From an uncultured Saprospiraceae bacterium (GTDB lineage Bacteria > Bacteroidota > Bacteroidia > Chitinophagales > Saprospiraceae): a DNA stretch of 64,000 bases. The notes under the pieces were generated by a model, which was not told where the DNA came from, did not search any database, and was given only the letters and a program-made list of their open reading frames with translations. Positions 31,005-39,247 of the stretch are shown here, piece by piece. The stretch covers positions 1,194-65,193 of the forward strand of contig CAZGKN010000002.1 of NCBI GenBank assembly GCA_964525915.1, written 5' to 3'. Position 1 is the stretch's first letter; every line of letters starts with the position of its first letter. The position numbers and the translations under genes were made by a program.

Positions 31005-31631
31005 TTATTCTTCTTTTTTCTTCGTACTTGCTTCCAGACTGGTCACCAGATTGAACTTATAGCCTTTTATCTTATCGTTAGCCAGTGTAGAAATCACCTT
31101 ATTAATATTAGGATAAGAAGCATCCTGATCACCTTTTATTACTATACGCGCTTTAGGATTCACTATACGCCCATAGGCTACCCACTTGAACAACTGGTTT
31201 GAGTCAGTGAGAGTGGTATCGGTAGGTATCCCGGGACTCTTGAATGTCTTTTCATCCCCGAGTGGCAAATTCAGATAGCTACTCAGCTCATTGAAGGGCA
31301 CACCAATCGCCGGGCCTATGGCAAATTTATTCATCTGTGCTTCTGTAAGGCCTAATTTCTGATCATCATTAATTTTTGAAATCAGCTCCTTTTTTATCGG
31401 CTGGCCATCCATTTCGAAGAATACCCTTCCTTCAGCATCGACGATAATCTGCATGATATCTGTCTCTGCGATTTTCGTATCAGATATGGAAGATGGTGTA
31501 ACGACAGTTACATTTTCAGGCGGCTTAAATTTAGTAGCCAACATGAAGAAAGTCAGCAGCAGGAATGATACGTCAGTCATGGCAGTCATATCCACGATTG
31601 TACTCATTCGTTTCATTTTATGCTTAGGCAT
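31005..31631 (-). CDS. exbD: biopolymer transport protein ExbD/TolR (second paralogue)
   Basis: MTAMTDVSFLLLTFFM TM segment. 208 aa. Tandem with the other exbD. Confidence 0.85.
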   Translation of the reverse strand: MPKHKMKRMSTIVDMTAMTDVSFLLLTFFMLATKFKPPENVTVVTPSSISDTKIAETDIMQIIVDAEGRVFFEMDGQPIKKELISKINDDQKLGLTEAQMNKFAIGPAIGVPFNELSSYLNLPLGDEKTFKSPGIPTDTTLTDSNQLFKWVAYGRIVNPKARIVIKGDQDASYPNINKVISTLANDKIKGYKFNLVTSLEASTKKKEE

Positions 31632-31695
31632 AGTATGTATTAATTTAAGTAAACAAATTTGTTACGTCAGAGACATATCTCTGATTCACTATGGA

Positions 31696-32520
31696 TTAAT
31701 GCTGTGCTGCGAATTGTTGTTGCATACTGTAACCTGCCTCGTCTATTCTGTAGGTCATTCCATCAATACGTGTTGTGAAATAACTGTAAGAGATAATCGC
31801 AAGTGCTGAAGTAGTAATACCTAATGCTGTATTTATCAAGGCCTCAGAAATACCGGTAGCCAACTGTGAAGCATCAGGTGAACCTGAGTGTGCCATAGCT
31901 GCAAATGCACGAATCATACCTAATACTGTTCCGATCAGACCAATCAGTGTCGCCAGTGATGCGATTGTCGCGATGATAGGTAAGTTCTGTTCCAGCATTG
32001 GTAATTCAAGCGAAGTTGCTTCTTCTATTTCCTTCTGAATGGCGATAAGTTTTTGGTCTTTTTCTAAGACATTGTTCTCAGACATCTCAGCATATTTTTC
32101 CACTCCTGAGCGGACAATATTCGCTACTGATCCCTGTTGTTTGTCACACAGTGTCAGTGCACCTTTGATATCTCCCTTTGATAAGGCATAATTCACATTC
32201 TGTACAAATTTATCAGCTGCCCCTTTCCCGGATGCCTTACCTACGGTAATAAATCTTTCGATAGAGAAAACAAGTACAATGAATAAAATTCCTAACAGGA
32301 TAGGCACTATGAATCCACCTTTATAGATTATACCCAGATAATCACCTGCGATTGGTTCATTATCGTGATTCCCGCCCTGGAAATGGCTGCCATTCCCTAA
32401 TACAAATTCATAAATCAATACTCCCAACACGAAACATACCGGGATTACTATCAATGGTAATATCGAAGCTGATTTAGTTGTACTGGACTTTACATTTGGT
32501 TTTGCTGATGCATTTGTCAT
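31696..32520 (-). CDS. exbB: MotA/TolQ/ExbB proton-channel protein
   Basis: Three TM helices and the conserved LIGLIGTVLGMIRAF segment. First gene of the cluster. Confidence 0.9.
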   Translation of the reverse strand: MTNASAKPNVKSSTTKSASILPLIVIPVCFVLGVLIYEFVLGNGSHFQGGNHDNEPIAGDYLGIIYKGGFIVPILLGILFIVLVFSIERFITVGKASGKGAADKFVQNVNYALSKGDIKGALTLCDKQQGSVANIVRSGVEKYAEMSENNVLEKDQKLIAIQKEIEEATSLELPMLEQNLPIIATIASLATLIGLIGTVLGMIRAFAAMAHSGSPDASQLATGISEALINTALGITTSALAIISYSYFTTRIDGMTYRIDEAGYSMQQQFAAQH

Positions 32521-32555
32521 ACTTAAATACTTTTTAAAATTTTATAAATTATAAG

Positions 32556-32563
32556 CAAATATA
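32556..32563 (-). promoter_or_regulatory. candidate -7 box (TATATTTG on minus strand) for exbB operon
   Basis: Plus-strand caaatata is the reverse complement of TAnnTTTG. It lies 36 nt upstream of the exbB ATG. Confidence 0.4.
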
Positions 32564-32589
32564 TTTTTTTGAATTAAACTACACAAAAG

Positions 32590-32634
32590 AAATTTTACAA
32601 TTTATCAAATTCCTAAATTAAAATTTTACAATTA
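32590..32634. promoter_or_regulatory. direct repeat AAATTTTACAATT(T/A), two copies 31 nt apart, upstream of exbB promoter
   Basis: Copies at 32590-32603 and 32621-32634 are 13/14 identical. They lie just upstream of the candidate -7 box. Confidence 0.25.
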
Positions 32635-32872
32635 TAGTCAATTTTGATAGTAATCAATACTTTATACTTGTAGTAAAAGAATAATGTATCTACTAGGATA
32701 ATTTACAGAATATTATTTGGTTTTTAGTTATTTTGGTTATACACAATTGATTTTTATGCTCTGATTTTGATAAAGTCTCTTGTTGGTTATTCATAACTTA
32801 CAGGTCCTTAGTTATTTGTGATTTGATTTGCATTCATTGTAGCAAAGTATCTACCATGACTGAGAATGTTAT

Positions 32873-32880
32873 TATTTTTG
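32873..32880 (+). promoter_or_regulatory. candidate -7 box TATTTTTG for rhodanese gene
   Basis: Exact TAnnTTTG, 22 nt upstream of the ATG at 32902. Confidence 0.4.
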
Positions 32881-32901
32881 CACAGTCAAATGAATTAAGT
32901 T

Positions 32902-33204
32902 ATGGTAGTGCAGTTAAGTAATAGAGAACTGAAAGAAAAATTAGATGCGGGTGAGCCGATTATGCTTATCGATGTCCGTGAACCACTTGAACATGAAGAA
33001 TATAATATTGGTGGTGACCTGATTCCTTTGGGTACACTAATGTCCCGGCTGGATGAATTGGATAAGAATGCACGTATAGTAACCTATTGCCGTAGCGGCT
33101 CCCGAAGCAATATGGCTGCACAGGCTTTGGTAGCGCAGGGTTTTACTGATGTTTCTAACTTGCAAGGTGGTATGCTTGGCTGGCGTGAGGCATTTGGCGA
33201 GTGA
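32902..33204 (+). CDS. single-domain rhodanese sulfurtransferase
   Basis: 100 aa with LIDVREP.E and the active-site loop YCRSGSRS. Confidence 0.85.
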   Translation: MVVQLSNRELKEKLDAGEPIMLIDVREPLEHEEYNIGGDLIPLGTLMSRLDELDKNARIVTYCRSGSRSNMAAQALVAQGFTDVSNLQGGMLGWREAFGE

Positions 33205-33522
33205 GATTATTTCTATTTTAGCAATTTTTTTTGACCCCTGCATATAATTATCAATTGGTGGATTCAGTAGATAGTTGATTAAAAGTACTTTTACCAGAAC
33301 TTTAAGTCTCTGACCCCATGAGAACCAGCATTTATCTTTTATTGCAACTGCAATGGTACTCGCTTCCGTTTGCCTTACTTAGCTTTTTGCCCTGGCATTT
33401 AATTTCACCCATTTCGCACCAGCCTTTTACCCTGGTTCTATTTTATTGATCGTCTGTGCATTGATAGTAAGTCATTAACAGCGTTCCTTTTGAATTTTTG
33501 GTTTAGTAAATAAAAGTTTACC

Positions 33523-33530
33523 TATATTTG
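33523..33530 (+). promoter_or_regulatory. candidate -7 box TATATTTG for dnaE2-like gene
   Basis: Exact TAnnTTTG, 62 nt upstream of the ATG at 33592. Confidence 0.35.
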
Positions 33531-33533
33531 CCG

Positions 33534-33564
33534 GAATATACGTAGATATTATTACGATATATTC
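33534..33564. promoter_or_regulatory. imperfect inverted repeat (candidate operator) immediately downstream of the -7 box
   Basis: Arms gaatatacgta and tacgatatattc separated by 8 nt; complementary apart from one 1-nt indel. Spans the expected transcription start. Confidence 0.3.
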
Positions 33565-33591
33565 GTCATTTTGAATTTAAGATGATGAAGT

Positions 33592-36534
33592 ATGTATCTC
33601 AATGCACATTCCTGGTTTAGTCTGAAGTACGGCACACTTTCTCCCGAAGCTCTGGTGGAGGTGGCCGCCGGATTGGGGATCCGGACATTAGTTCTGACTG
33701 ATATCAATAACACATCGTGTGCACATGCCTTTTGTACTGCCTGCAGGAAACATGGTATTCACCCGGTGCTGGGGATTGAGTTTCGCCGGGAGGATGGTCG
33801 GTTTCTCTATGTAGGTATAGCGCAGAATCTGGAAGGCTGGGCGGGGTTGTGCCGCTTGCTGACAGAGGTGTCGATTTCCGGCAAGGATCCGGATACTGTC
33901 GCTCCGGAGACGCCTGGTGCCTTTTTTATCTACAGGCAATTACCTCGTGACATACGGTTTTTCAGAGCGGATGAGTATGTGGGGGTGCGGCATGATGAGC
34001 TGAGTGGCCTGTACAGTTCGCCGCTGCGTCATCATCGTGATAAGTTGGTGGCTTTCCTGCCGGTGACCTTTGTGGATGAACAAGGGTGGAAGTTGCACAA
34101 GCTACTGCGTTGTATAGATCTAAATATCGTACTGGGGCGGCTGGAAGCAAAAGACTGCGCCTGGGAAGGTGAGCAACCACTTAGCCCGGAGGATGCACGA
34201 CAGGCTTTTCGGATGTATCCTGACCTCTTAGAAAGGGCAGCAGAGTTGGCGACTTCCTGCTCCGTGGAGTTGCGTGCTGCCTGGGACAATAACCGTAAGA
34301 CATTTACCGGGCGTGAATCAGATGATTATGACTTACTGCGCAAACTGGCCTACAGTGGGTGTCGTAAGCGCTATGGGTCAGATCATGAACAGGCATTTCA
34401 GCGACTGCGTTCAGAGCTGGATGTCATCATACGGCTGGGTTATTGTCCCTACTTTCTGATTACCTGGGACATCGTACGCTATGCACATAGTGCCGGTTAT
34501 TTTCATGTAGGGCGGGGCAGTGGAGCAAATTCGATCGTGGCTTATTGCCTGCAGATTACAGATGTGGACCCACTGGAGCTGGATTTGTATTTCGAGCGAT
34601 TCATCAATCCACATCGCAGTTCGCCACCTGACTTTGACATTGATTTTAGTTGGGATGAGCGCGATGATGTCACCGAGTATATCTTCAGGCGCTATGGCCG
34701 GGACTATACGGCTCTTCTGGCTACGTACAATACCTTCAAGGGTAAGTCAATTATCAGGGAGCTCGGTAAGGTTTTTGGTTTGCCGAAAGCGGATATTGAT
34801 ACCATCGTGGACGAACCACTGGCTACAGAGAAGCATCATCCGTATGCAGCACATATTTTCCGTTATGGCAAGATGATGGAGGGCTTCCCAAACTATCTGT
34901 CTATTCATGCCGGTGGCATACTTATCACTGAGCGGCCCATTTATGAGCATACCGCGCTGAAACAGATGCCAAAAGGATTTCCGATCACGCACTTCGATAT
35001 GTATGGAGCTGAAGATCTTCATTTACATAAGTATGATGTGCTCAGCCAGCGAGGTCTGGGGCATATCAAGAGTGCGATCGATCTGATCGCACGCAATCAG
35101 GGACGACTGGTCGATGTGCATGATGTGCCGCGTATCAAGCAGGACGGGGAGGTGCGTCGCATGCTGAAAGCAGGGCGGTGCATCGGTTGTTTTTATATTG
35201 AGTCACCGGCGATGCGTGGGTTGCTTGCAAAGTTGGCTTGTGAAGACTACGTACATCTGGTAGCTGCCAGTTCGATTATCCGCCCGGGAGTAGCTAAGTC
35301 AGGCATGATGCGTGAGTATATACAGCGATTTCATCATCCTGAACAGGTAGCTTATCTTCATCCGGTATTTGAAGCGCACTTGAGTGAAACCTTTGGTGTC
35401 ATGGTCTATCAGGAGGATGTGATGAAGATCGTACACCATTTTGCCGGATTGGGTCTGGATGAATCTGATGTATTGCGGCGGATAATGACGGGTAAGAAAA
35501 AGAACTCTGATACGTTCTTTCAGCTCCGGGAGAAGTTTTTCGCCAATTGCCGGGAGCGTGCGTATCCTCCGGAGCTGACTGATGAAGTGTGGCGACAGAT
35601 AGAGAGTTTCAGCGGATACTCATTTTGTAAGGCTCATTCAGCCAGTTTTGCAGTGGAATCATACCAGAGTCTGTATCTGAAGACTTATTATCCCATAGAA
35701 TTCATGGTAGCTGTCATCAATAATTTTGGTGGATTCTATTCTACTGAGCTATACGTGCACGAAGCCCGGATGAGCGGAGCGATGATCAATGCGCCCTGTG
35801 TCAACAAAAGTGATGAGTTGACTACGGTTTATGGGCGTGAGGTGTATATGGGTCTGGGTTTATTGCGGGATCTGGAGCAGAAGCTGGTTCGAAGCATAGT
35901 GACAGAGCGCAGACGGCACGGCGAGTATCGCAGTCTGGGTGACTTCACTCACCGTGTGGATATCGATAGTCATCAGCTTGATATCCTGATTCGTATCAAT
36001 GCATTTCGGTTTACCGGTGTCAGTAAATATGAGTTGATGTGGGAGAAGAATGCGGTATTTAATCCATCAGTTGTGCCGGATACAGCTACCGGCTGCCTCT
36101 TCGAACCGGAGTATCAGAATTATTCGCTGCCCTGTCTCAGAGAGGGACAGTATGATCAGGCTTTTGATGAATTGGAATTATTGGGTTTTCCACTGTGCTC
36201 TCCGTTTTCGTTATTGGCAGAGGAAGCGCCGCGACATATAGCAGCGGCAGAAATGGGATCATGCCTTCATCGCAGTGTCTGTATGCTGGGTTATTATGTG
36301 ACCCGTAAACCGGTTCGTACAGTGAAGGGCACATTGATGTATTTTTATACCTGGGTGGATGCGCAAGGTGATTTATTTGATTCTGTACATTTTCCGCCCT
36401 CAGTAGCCCGCTCTCCCTTCCGTGGAAGAGGTTGTTATCTGTTGCGGGGCAAGATTACTGAAGACTTTGGTTTTTATAGTATCGAAGCGATAGAAATGGA
36501 AAAATTACCCTGGATCAAGGATGAACGATACTGA
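33592..36534 (+). CDS. dnaE2: DNA polymerase III alpha-subunit family protein, DnaE2/ImuC-like (error-prone type)
   Basis: N-terminal PHP domain (LNAHSWFSLKYG..LTDINN), polymerase core (PDFDIDF, SIHAGG, SQRGLG, IIRPG, FSGYSFCKAHSASFA) and a C-terminal OB region. Only 980 aa, which is short for replicative DnaE. Confidence 0.75.
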   Translation: MYLNAHSWFSLKYGTLSPEALVEVAAGLGIRTLVLTDINNTSCAHAFCTACRKHGIHPVLGIEFRREDGRFLYVGIAQNLEGWAGLCRLLTEVSISGKDPDTVAPETPGAFFIYRQLPRDIRFFRADEYVGVRHDELSGLYSSPLRHHRDKLVAFLPVTFVDEQGWKLHKLLRCIDLNIVLGRLEAKDCAWEGEQPLSPEDARQAFRMYPDLLERAAELATSCSVELRAAWDNNRKTFTGRESDDYDLLRKLAYSGCRKRYGSDHEQAFQRLRSELDVIIRLGYCPYFLITWDIVRYAHSAGYFHVGRGSGANSIVAYCLQITDVDPLELDLYFERFINPHRSSPPDFDIDFSWDERDDVTEYIFRRYGRDYTALLATYNTFKGKSIIRELGKVFGLPKADIDTIVDEPLATEKHHPYAAHIFRYGKMMEGFPNYLSIHAGGILITERPIYEHTALKQMPKGFPITHFDMYGAEDLHLHKYDVLSQRGLGHIKSAIDLIARNQGRLVDVHDVPRIKQDGEVRRMLKAGRCIGCFYIESPAMRGLLAKLACEDYVHLVAASSIIRPGVAKSGMMREYIQRFHHPEQVAYLHPVFEAHLSETFGVMVYQEDVMKIVHHFAGLGLDESDVLRRIMTGKKKNSDTFFQLREKFFANCRERAYPPELTDEVWRQIESFSGYSFCKAHSASFAVESYQSLYLKTYYPIEFMVAVINNFGGFYSTELYVHEARMSGAMINAPCVNKSDELTTVYGREVYMGLGLLRDLEQKLVRSIVTERRRHGEYRSLGDFTHRVDIDSHQLDILIRINAFRFTGVSKYELMWEKNAVFNPSVVPDTATGCLFEPEYQNYSLPCLREGQYDQAFDELELLGFPLCSPFSLLAEEAPRHIAAAEMGSCLHRSVCMLGYYVTRKPVRTVKGTLMYFYTWVDAQGDLFDSVHFPPSVARSPFRGRGCYLLRGKITEDFGFYSIEAIEMEKLPWIKDERY

Positions 36535-36547
36535 TTTCACAATAGTA

Positions 36548-37291
36548 TTACCGGTATTTATCAAACTCAGTGCGCATATGTATGAGTGCATCGTCGATAG
36601 ATTGTTTGCATAGTGTCATCAGACGTTCAGGATCTGTATCTCTGACAGGTGAACAAAAATGAATACTGCAATCCAGTTTCCATCGGCGGAAGACATCAAT
36701 GAAATGAGCCAATAGGGAAGTGTTCTCCCGCCAATAGACATTGGTGTCCCGATAATCCAGCGCAATAGGCATTACCGGAACCCCGGATTCAGCCGCTTCG
36801 ACGAATGAGCCCATGTGCATCGTTTTGGTCAGTGGTAGCGTGTTGACTGTGCCCTCCGGGAATAATAGAACTGATTTGCCTGCATCTAACAGATCCCTGA
36901 TCTTCTCACGAATAGCAGTACGTGAATCTTTGTTATCCCTTTCTACAAAGATGACACCGGTATGTCGGGTGCCATTTCCCAGCAGGGGATAATCCTTCAC
37001 CTCGGCTTTAGATACGATAAATGTATTTAGAAAAGCCACAATGATGACCGGATCGATCATCATGCGATGGTTAGCAACGTAAAGGCCATTTGTTGTCGGG
37101 ATCTCACCGGATTTTCTGATTCTGATATTGAGCAATCTGATTAGGAACCGAACATATATCCGGCGAAACCAAAGACCATGTTCATCTGAATAGCCTTTTA
37201 TCAGGAAGGTGAGATGCATAATACCTACAGCAATCGCTAACACGATCACTGCAATGAGCATTTTTATAATGGCAAAAACCTTCCCCGGCAT
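36548..37291 (-). CDS. lysophospholipid (1-acyl-sn-glycerol-3-phosphate) acyltransferase family protein
   Basis: N-terminal TM helix, NHRMMIDP (NHxxxxD) and FPEGT motifs. Confidence 0.8.
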   Translation of the reverse strand: MPGKVFAIIKMLIAVIVLAIAVGIMHLTFLIKGYSDEHGLWFRRIYVRFLIRLLNIRIRKSGEIPTTNGLYVANHRMMIDPVIIVAFLNTFIVSKAEVKDYPLLGNGTRHTGVIFVERDNKDSRTAIREKIRDLLDAGKSVLLFPEGTVNTLPLTKTMHMGSFVEAAESGVPVMPIALDYRDTNVYWRENTSLLAHFIDVFRRWKLDCSIHFCSPVRDTDPERLMTLCKQSIDDALIHMRTEFDKYR

Positions 37292-38337
37292 TAATCAGTG
37301 GACTCGTCAAAGTGATCCCAGCCTTGTGCTATTATCTTGTGGAAATTTCCACCGGATGTTTCCAGTAGTACACCGTCCTCAGGAGGTAAGATAGAGCCAA
37401 TAATATATACATCAGACAGCCCCTGAATCTTGTCAAGGTCATCGGGATGAAGCGTAAACAACAGTTCGTAATCCTCACCACCATTCAGTGCACAGGTGAT
37501 TGGATCCAGTCTGAATTTAATTGCCTGTTGTTCAGTGACAGTATGAATCGGAACCTGCGCCTCCTTGATTACAGCACCCACATTGGATTGAGTGCAGATA
37601 TGAAGTAAATCAGAAGCCAATCCATCTGAGATATCGATCATAGCAGTGGGCTTGATGCCTGCTTGTCTGAGCGAATAGATCAGATCAGCCCGGGGTTCAG
37701 GTTTCAATTGGCGACCGATGATATAAGCATTGTCTTCGAGCTCGGGTTTGAAATCAGGGTTTTCCAGGAAGATGGCTTTTTCTCTCTCCAAAATCTGTAA
37801 CCCTACATAAGCACCACCAAGATCACCACTGACACAAATAATATCTCCGGGAAGTGCGGTATTACGATACACGATTTCTTCATTAGTTGCCTGACCAATG
37901 GCTGTGACACTAATAAATAAGCCTTTCTGGCTGGATGAAGTATCGCCACCGATCAGATCTACTTTATATCTCTTACAAGCTGAGCGCATACCACTATATA
38001 ATTCCTCTACGGCTTCGAGACTGAAGCGATTGGAAAGAGCAATTGACACTGTGACTTGCCTGGGTGTGCCATTCATAGCGTAGATATCAGACAGATTAGT
38101 CACGATGCTTTTATATCCCAGGTGCTTGAGTGGGGTGTACATCAGATCGAAATGGATACCTTCGACCATCATGTCAGTGCTGATCAGTGTCATTTCACCA
38201 CTATTGTCGATGACTGCTGCATCATCACCTATACCTTTCACCGTGTTTCCCTGATATTGTTCAAAGCCGTTAGTAAGACGATGGATCAACTCAAATTCAC
38301 CCAATCGGTTAATTTCTGTCCTTTTATTTTCACTCAT
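37291..38337 (-). CDS. thiL: thiamine-monophosphate kinase
   Basis: GIGDDAAV motif and AIR-synthase-like N and C domains. 348 aa. Confidence 0.87.
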   Translation of the reverse strand: MSENKRTEINRLGEFELIHRLTNGFEQYQGNTVKGIGDDAAVIDNSGEMTLISTDMMVEGIHFDLMYTPLKHLGYKSIVTNLSDIYAMNGTPRQVTVSIALSNRFSLEAVEELYSGMRSACKRYKVDLIGGDTSSSQKGLFISVTAIGQATNEEIVYRNTALPGDIICVSGDLGGAYVGLQILEREKAIFLENPDFKPELEDNAYIIGRQLKPEPRADLIYSLRQAGIKPTAMIDISDGLASDLLHICTQSNVGAVIKEAQVPIHTVTEQQAIKFRLDPITCALNGGEDYELLFTLHPDDLDKIQGLSDVYIIGSILPPEDGVLLETSGGNFHKIIAQGWDHFDESTD

Positions 38338-39028
38338 CTTGTACTGGATTATTATAGTTATCTATTATCGGTTTGCTTGCCTGCCAAATCGGTGATTCCG
38401 GTAAGTGAGCAGTAAACTCAAGTAATTCATTCGTCACCGGATGATGAAAATTGAGTTTCCAGGAAAGCAAATCAATGCTTCGATCCGGATTTTTGCGACG
38501 TGCGCCATATTTCACATCGCCCTTGATGGGTGCCAGATGATGGGCTACCTGTGCCCTGAGTTGATGTATCTTTCCGGTAACAGGAGTCAACAGTACTACA
38601 GAATAATTTTCTAATGTTCCTAATACCGTGAAATGCGTGATGGCGTTAGGGTCATCATCGGTTTCGGACTGGGTTTTGATTTGTGATTTATTTCCTTTTC
38701 TATTTTTCAATTCGAGGATGTCATTCATCGTGCCGGAAGTCTGGCTTAATTTGCCTTCGACGATGGCGAGGTAATATTTCTGTACTTCACGTTCCTTGAA
38801 TTGTCTGGAAAGCTTTGCGGCGCTGTTATTGCTTTTGGCAAATACCAGTAATCCATATACGGGTCTGTCCAGTCTGTGCACAAGGAACAAAGATTGTTTC
38901 ATGTACTTTTCAGCCATCTCCTGTACGGACTCATCTCCGCTCTTATCCTTGCAGGAAGGTAGTGTAGCCGGTTTGTCAATGACACAAAACTGGTGATTTT
39001 TTTCAATGATAAAATCCGAAAAGGGCAT
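38330..39028 (-). CDS. RluA-family pseudouridine synthase
   Basis: HRLDRPVYGLLVFAK (HRLD catalytic Asp motif) and the C-terminal ..HQLRAQ.. motif. Overlaps thiL by 8 nt. Confidence 0.85.
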   Translation of the reverse strand: MPFSDFIIEKNHQFCVIDKPATLPSCKDKSGDESVQEMAEKYMKQSLFLVHRLDRPVYGLLVFAKSNNSAAKLSRQFKEREVQKYYLAIVEGKLSQTSGTMNDILELKNRKGNKSQIKTQSETDDDPNAITHFTVLGTLENYSVVLLTPVTGKIHQLRAQVAHHLAPIKGDVKYGARRKNPDRSIDLLSWKLNFHHPVTNELLEFTAHLPESPIWQASKPIIDNYNNPVQDE

Positions 39029-39195
39029 TATTCGATTTCTTCGTAAGGAATATAATCATCAGTGTGATTTTCTTTTTGTTTTTTTCTGGTTTTATCCAGT
39101 TCACGCTTTGCAGCATCAACATTGAATGAAAGTATTCCCAGTCGGAAAAACCTTCCTACGATAAAAACGACTGCAATTATGAGAAGATACTTCAA
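39028..39195 (-). CDS. possible 55-aa single-TM protein (TTG start)
   Basis: Open frame LKYLLIIAVVFIVGRFF..KTRKKQKENH. Its TAA overlaps the rluA-family ATG by 1 nt (TAATG). No ATG start and below the ORF-track cutoff. Confidence 0.25.
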   Translation of the reverse strand: MKYLLIIAVVFIVGRFFRLGILSFNVDAAKRELDKTRKKQKENHTDDYIPYEEIE

Positions 39196-39247
39196 CTTTA
39201 TTCCTTATTGACTGATGCAATATTAAATAAATTGCCGGCTACATTGT

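Noticed and set aside
33318-33449. 43-aa hydrophobic ORF (MRTSIYLLLQLQWYSLPF..) in the gap upstream of dnaE2
   Set aside because: No promoter box or conservation evidence is available, and the ORF is too short to support. It is not a remnant of imuA or imuB as far as I can see.
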